NCBI GenBank assembly: GCA_951406725.2
Contig: OX597814.1
Span: forward strand, 54,374,001 to 54,438,000
DNA: 64,000 nt
Direction of reading: 5' to 3'
From: Octopus vulgaris
Lineage: Eukaryota
Position numbers and translations under genes: made by a program
Shown: positions 62,151 to 64,000 of the stretch, one piece after another
How positions within the stretch are numbered: the stretch's first letter is position 1
How the letters are laid out: each line of letters begins with the position of its first letter
Notes under the pieces: model-generated
Databases searched by the model: none
What the model saw: only the letters and a program-made list of their open reading frames with translations
What the model was told of the DNA's origin: nothing

Positions 62151-63305
62151 TCCTTTCCTGAAGGTTTATAAAATTACTCAACAGTTTAAATTAATGTATT
62201 GTATTCAATGAACAGTAAAATCTCGTGATTTGAAATTTGTTTTTTAGTACTTTATACTGATAAAGAAGATTGAATTCTTTACAGATATTATATAGATTTG
62301 TCATTAAAATTGCCAGCCTATACAATAGCATTCCTTTAACCATTACCTATCTAAAGCATTTTCCATAAGTCTGACCTAAACATCTATTTCAGTGAGTGAA
62401 AAAAAATTGGAATTGTATGTCATGATGCATGCTTGCTGGGGAAGTATGTCCTGTGTATCACACAGGATACACAGGACAGGCAAAGGGTTAATTGCATATG
62501 ATGAAGGTATGTGGTAGCTCAATCTAATTCTTGCAGTTTGGATCTTAAATCAGAGAATATAAGGGTAATAATTATGACATGATCATTGTTCTTAAATCTC
62601 CATTTTGCTCCATGTTAAGTCATTGAGCTTCAAAGCTTGATCATATCTGTAATCAGAAAGGTTTTCTTATGACTATCTGTTTTTTTTTGTTTGTTTTGTG
62701 TATCAGGAGCTATATTGTCAGGTGTGTACTTTTTTTTTTTTTACCCTAAGACATTTGAATGAGATTTGGCTGTTATTTCCTGCTGTCCAAGTAACTGTGT
62801 AGAGTATTAATTAGACTTATTGACTTGTTTCCATCTGTAACCCTAAGTTCAACTTGACTGAGCAAACCTATGATCAGTCATTCCAGGCTAAGTGTACATG
62901 GGGCAGGTTACATTGTCCAGTCTCACCTTTCTTTTTTAAGAGTAGTTTGAAGGTGATTTAGCTATTTCTAGTAATTTGAGTAACTACATGGATGCTTCAT
63001 CATTGCCTAATACCTATATAGGGTTTATTAATAGCGAAGAAATGAAAACATTTCCCAAGTTCATTTCGGGTGGATTTATTTAGTTAGAATTTAAATGCAA
63101 TAAGTTTTTTTTAGCATTCATGCTTCCATAGGACATACAGAGATCATTGAGGTGGATTTTCTATGACTAGATACCCTTCCTGTTACCAACCCTCACTTGT
63201 TTTCAAGGTAATATATCCTCCTGGCTGGGCATGTTTTCATGCAAGACAGAAAACAAAACCACTTGTCACTCATTTACAACTTACTGACGAGAAAACAAAT
63301 GTACA

Positions 63306-63348
<43 letters not shown>

Positions 63349-64000
63349 ATACACACACGCATGGGGGGTGGTTAGGGTTAAATTTGATCATTTTTTTTTT
63401 GTTATGTCTCTTTTTTCAGGAACAGCTTGAGGTAATCAGTGAACAGCCAGTGTTGGAGAGTGTAAAGATTAAAGTTGTAGTTGGGAAAAGTTAGATGACA
63501 TGCAGGACTAGAAGCCATCTGAATATTGGAAAAGAGTTACCTGTATTCTGATGATTCGCACCAGGTATCAAAATACTGACATTACAACTGCTGCTCTGTG
63601 AATGTTGTGAAGATTGTACGATGTGACATGGGCAGCTGCAGCAGAAACTATAAACCCATGGCCAGCAGGAAGGGACACAGTAGGCACTAGGTGTCTGCAT
63701 GCAAGAATTCACCTCAGAATCTTTGAAGAAGCTCAGTTCAGATGGCTATGCGAAGCTGCTGGAACCTGTGATCAATCTCTGCCTAGTGAGGGTTGCTACT
63801 GGAAGGCCATATGTGTAGCAGCAGGATTTGGTTTCTTGTTATACCTCTGGAGAGTCAGAAGTGGTTGTCAGAGAATTTCTACAACTTTATCAGCCTCAAT
63901 TTCTGGTTTCCTAATTCCCACCAATTGTAATCATATGGATTACTATGTGTAGGACGCAGTTGAGAAATACCAACTACTTTTCTTGCAACATCAAGGAGGT

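Noticed and set aside
63420-63431. Possible 12-nt microexon (ttttttcAG|GAACAGCTTGAG|GTAATC)
   Set aside because: Splice-like signals only; no partner exons or gene context in the window.
1-64000. CRISPR arrays, rRNA or prokaryotic operons
   Set aside because: No repeat-spacer periodicity or rRNA motifs; the sequence is spliceosomal-intron-containing eukaryotic DNA.

Overview
AT-rich, repeat-saturated animal genomic DNA. The SINE families and microsatellites look cephalopod (Octopus-like); this is an inference. One protein-coding gene is well supported: a + strand PAGR1/PA1 homologue (partner of PAXIP1/PTIP). Its coding exons are 45390/45413-45702, 49277-49359 and 51345-56470, plus a probable first exon ending at 31582 behind a CpG-retaining housekeeping-type promoter. 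The spliced ORF is 1832 aa from ATG 45413, or 1863 aa from ATG 31513. Only the first ~150-180 aa are PAGR1-like. The remaining ~1,680 aa are a low-complexity tail in one 5.1-kb exon, with a 20x Ser-Pro array, polyQ tracts, SQxSPQ repeats and a PPPPY motif. The rest of the window is transposon debris: Tx1/L1, RTE and Dong/R4 LINEs, Tc1/mariner, piggyBac-, pogo- and hAT-type MITEs, a Helitron, and several tRNA-derived SINEs. About a dozen hammerhead-ribozyme-like motifs of the Penelope type are visible by eye, several inside palindromic elements. The clearest, at 59783-60284, is a head-to-head palindrome in which each arm has a tRNA-like Pol III head followed by a minimal hammerhead. All calls are from manual reading; no searches or folding computations were run, and TE boundaries are approximate.
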